A stretch of 64,000 nt of DNA from Candidatus Hydrogenedentota bacterium. Its GTDB lineage: Bacteria > Hydrogenedentota > Hydrogenedentia > Hydrogenedentales > JAJRTN01. Below are positions 62,373 to 64,000 of this stretch, piece after piece. The stretch spans positions 14,560 to 78,559 of the forward strand of contig JAJRTN010000045.1 in NCBI GenBank assembly GCA_024278275.1, written 5' to 3'. The notes below the pieces were generated by a model. It did not search any database, was not told where the DNA came from, and was given only the letters and a program-made list of their open reading frames with translations. Numbering within the stretch: the stretch's first letter is position 1; each line of letters opens with the position of its first letter. Both the position numbers and the translations under genes were made by a program.

Positions 62373-63324
62373 CGCCCGCGTCCTCCCCGCCGCTCTCGAC
62401 TGCGCCAGGCACCTCAACGGAAACCGCTTCCATGAACACATCCTCCAGGGAACGGGAGCGCGGCTGTAATCGCCGGAGCCGCAAACCTTTCGATACGACA
62501 TGGCGCGCCAGCTCCGGGCCCGCGTCCGAATCCGCCATCTCGGCGATAAACTCCCCCGGCCCGGTGCGCCAGGCACGGCGAACATCCCGCGCGCCCCGAA
62601 GCGCGGCGAGGGCTTCGCTTTCCGGCGCGTCAATCTCCAGCAGAAAGGCGGAAGAGGCGCCGCCCCGGGTCAGATTGGCCATGGAATCTTCGGCCACCAG
62701 CCGGCCCTGGTTGATAATGATAACCCGTTCGCAAAGCATGGTCACTTCCGGGAGAATGTGCGTGCTGATAATAATCGTATGCTCCGATCCCAGGTCCTTG
62801 ATGAGCTGCCGGATCTCGATAATCTGCCGGGGATCCAGCCCCACGGTTGGCTCGTCGAGAATCAGAACCGCCGGGTTGCCGATCAGAGCCTGGGCCAGGC
62901 CGACACGCTGGCGAAAGCCCTTGGAGAGGTTGCCGATGATCCGCCGGCGCATGTCCCCCAAGCCGCACGCATCCGCCACCCGATCCACTTCCGAACGCAG
63001 TGAACGGCGGGGAATACCCTTCACCCGAGCCACGTAGAGCAGAAAAGAACGCACCACCATCTCATCATAAAGCGGCACCCGCTCGGGAAGGTACCCGACC
63101 CGGCGTTTCACCTCGATGGGCGCCGTTTCCACGTTGAAGCCATCAATACTGGCCGTGCCGCCGGAAGCAGGGGTAAACCCGGTCAGCACCCGCATGGTGG
63201 TGCTTTTCCCCGCCCCATTGGGGCCCAGGAAACCGATAATCTCCCCCTTGCCCACCTGGAAACTGATATCACGAACCGCGGCAATGGGGCCGTAGTACTT
63301 GGTGAGATGCTCGACCTGGATCAT
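62365..63324 (-). CDS. ABC transporter ATP-binding protein
   Basis: MIQVEHLTKYYG…, Walker A GPNGAGKSTT, signature LSKGFRQRVGLAQAL, Walker B LILDEPTVGLD, H-loop. RBS GGAGAGG sits before the ATG at 63324. Confidence 0.9.
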   Translation of the reverse strand: MIQVEHLTKYYGPIAAVRDISFQVGKGEIIGFLGPNGAGKSTTMRVLTGFTPASGGTASIDGFNVETAPIEVKRRVGYLPERVPLYDEMVVRSFLLYVARVKGIPRRSLRSEVDRVADACGLGDMRRRIIGNLSKGFRQRVGLAQALIGNPAVLILDEPTVGLDPRQIIEIRQLIKDLGSEHTIIISTHILPEVTMLCERVIIINQGRLVAEDSMANLTRGGASSAFLLEIDAPESEALAALRGARDVRRAWRTGPGEFIAEMADSDAGPELARHVVSKGLRLRRLQPRSRSLEDVFMEAVSVEVPGAVESGGEDAGDA

Positions 63325-63571
63325 GGTGGCCTCTCCGGCGGACTGACCGAATACTGACAGTGTGACAGCCCAATGACAGCTTGCCAAGGCGGTTCCTGCC
63401 CGGAAACTCAGCAAATTAACGATGCCGAGGGACAAAAATGGCCACCCGGGTGGATAGAATCTGCCGCCAGGCAAGTTCCATAATGGCACACACTTGTCAA
63501 TCAATTCCCTCAGCGTGCTGTTTAGTGTAGGGTTTGCACCCTTTTCAAGTCAAGCACCCCGAAAAACACGC

Positions 63572-63588
63572 TTGGCACGGAATATGCT
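63572..63588 (+). promoter_or_regulatory. Sigma54 (RpoN)-type promoter candidate: TGGCACG-N4-ATGCT with canonical GG(-24)/GC(-12) spacing
   Basis: tTGGCACGgaatATGCt. The GG and GC are exactly 12 nt apart. Located ~45 nt upstream of the small ORF at 63633. Confidence 0.35.
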
Positions 63589-63632
63589 CCATTCCAGGTG
63601 CCGCTTACAGCGGCTGGAAAGGCAGGTGCAGT

Positions 63633-63821
63633 ATGGTTATTCAGTGTTGTGTATGCAAAAAGGTCCGCGTCAAAGGTTATTGGCGAGACGTGCCGGTCCG
63701 GCACGGCAAGGCCCCGGTGAGCCACGGCTACTGTCCCCGGTGTGCCGAGGCCGCCTTCGCGGAGATCCGCGCCCTTCGCGCCAACACCTCTCTCAACTCC
63801 GTGCAATCACTCACCGCCTGA
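63633..63821 (+). CDS. Small (62 aa) Cys-rich zinc-ribbon-like protein
   Basis: MVIQCCVCKKVRVKGYWRDVPVRHGKAPVSHGYCPRCAEAAFAEIR… has two CxxC pairs. It is followed within 15 nt by a clean intrinsic terminator. A GGAAAGG lies 12 nt upstream. Confidence 0.45.
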   Translation: MVIQCCVCKKVRVKGYWRDVPVRHGKAPVSHGYCPRCAEAAFAEIRALRANTSLNSVQSLTA

Positions 63822-63835
63822 TCCCTTCCCTGCCG

Positions 63836-63875
63836 GCGGCCCGTTCAAAACATTGGACGGGCCGCCTTTTTTTTG
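63836..63875 (+). terminator. Rho-independent terminator (GGCGGCCCG stem, 8-T tract)
   Basis: ggcggcccg-ttcaaaacattgga-cgggccgcc-tttttttt. Confidence 0.7.
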
Positions 63876-64000
63876 GGTAACCATGACGCATTGCCGCCGG
63901 GGGAGGCTCCGTACATGAAAACACCATGGAATAAGCCGTGTGGTCCCCCTGTTTTTTTTGATCATTTGGTTAGTTGGGCCGACTTTGAGCGGCGCCTCTC

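Noticed and set aside
1-64000. CRISPR arrays, IS elements, integrases, rRNA/tRNA genes, toxin-antitoxin pairs, restriction-modification
   Set aside because: No regularly spaced direct repeats, no transposase or integrase-like ORFs, and no rRNA or tRNA signatures were seen by eye. The only methyltransferase (17751-18482) is a Methyltransf_11-type small-molecule/protein MTase, not a DNA MTase, and it has no nuclease partner.

Overview
This is a high-GC (about 65%) bacterial chromosomal window. It is Gram-negative in character: it carries a secretin and a complete type II secretion (T2SS) gene set, and there are no rRNA, tRNA, CRISPR or IS/transposase signals. I call 42 protein-coding genes. From about 19.0 kb to 63.3 kb every gene is on the minus strand.

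By region:
- **1-8.4 kb:** ECF sigma/anti-sigma pair; a BlaI-hypothetical-GH51 arabinofuranosidase-GT2 operon; leuB preceded by a terminator-like hairpin; a coiled-coil protein ending in a GspE-N/MshEN-type (predicted c-di-GMP-binding) domain; an SDR epimerase.
- **8.5-18.5 kb:** a URO-D-family protein, a PilZ::L,D-transpeptidase fusion, YihY, an SDR, RecD2, RmuC and a SAM methyltransferase.
- **19-25.8 kb:** GH29 fucosidase, two PlsC-type acyltransferases and two large multidomain glycosyltransferases (candidate glycolipid/glycan module).
- **25.9-43.3 kb:** a complete T2SS operon, gspC-D-E-F-G-H-I-J-K-L-M. It is followed by a GspA/ExeA-like AAA+ PG-binding ATPase, an embedded second URO-D-family gene and a proline-rich GspB-like gene.
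- **43.7-57.5 kb:** a secreted metzincin-type zinc protease (composite ORF), then a giant 3,761-aa secreted protein. The giant protein has two diverged ~1,600-aa tandem duplications, two PKD domains, IPT-like domains and a C-terminal sorting-signal-like tail (Gly/Cys motif, hydrophobic helix, basic cluster). An AT-rich island carrying a near-consensus sigma70-type promoter lies upstream of it.
- **58-63.3 kb:** a four-gene ABC / ABC-2 permease / GldG-like / DUF4340 operon.
- **63.5-63.9 kb:** a sigma54-type promoter, a small zinc-ribbon ORF and a clean intrinsic terminator.

The most interesting hypothesis is that the T2SS, GspA/B module, metzincin and giant PKD/IPT protein form one co-oriented secretion / surface-display / processing system, with an unusual URO-D-family enzyme inside the secretion operon. 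Coordinates come from the supplied ORF track. A few internally chosen start codons may be off by 1-2 nt.
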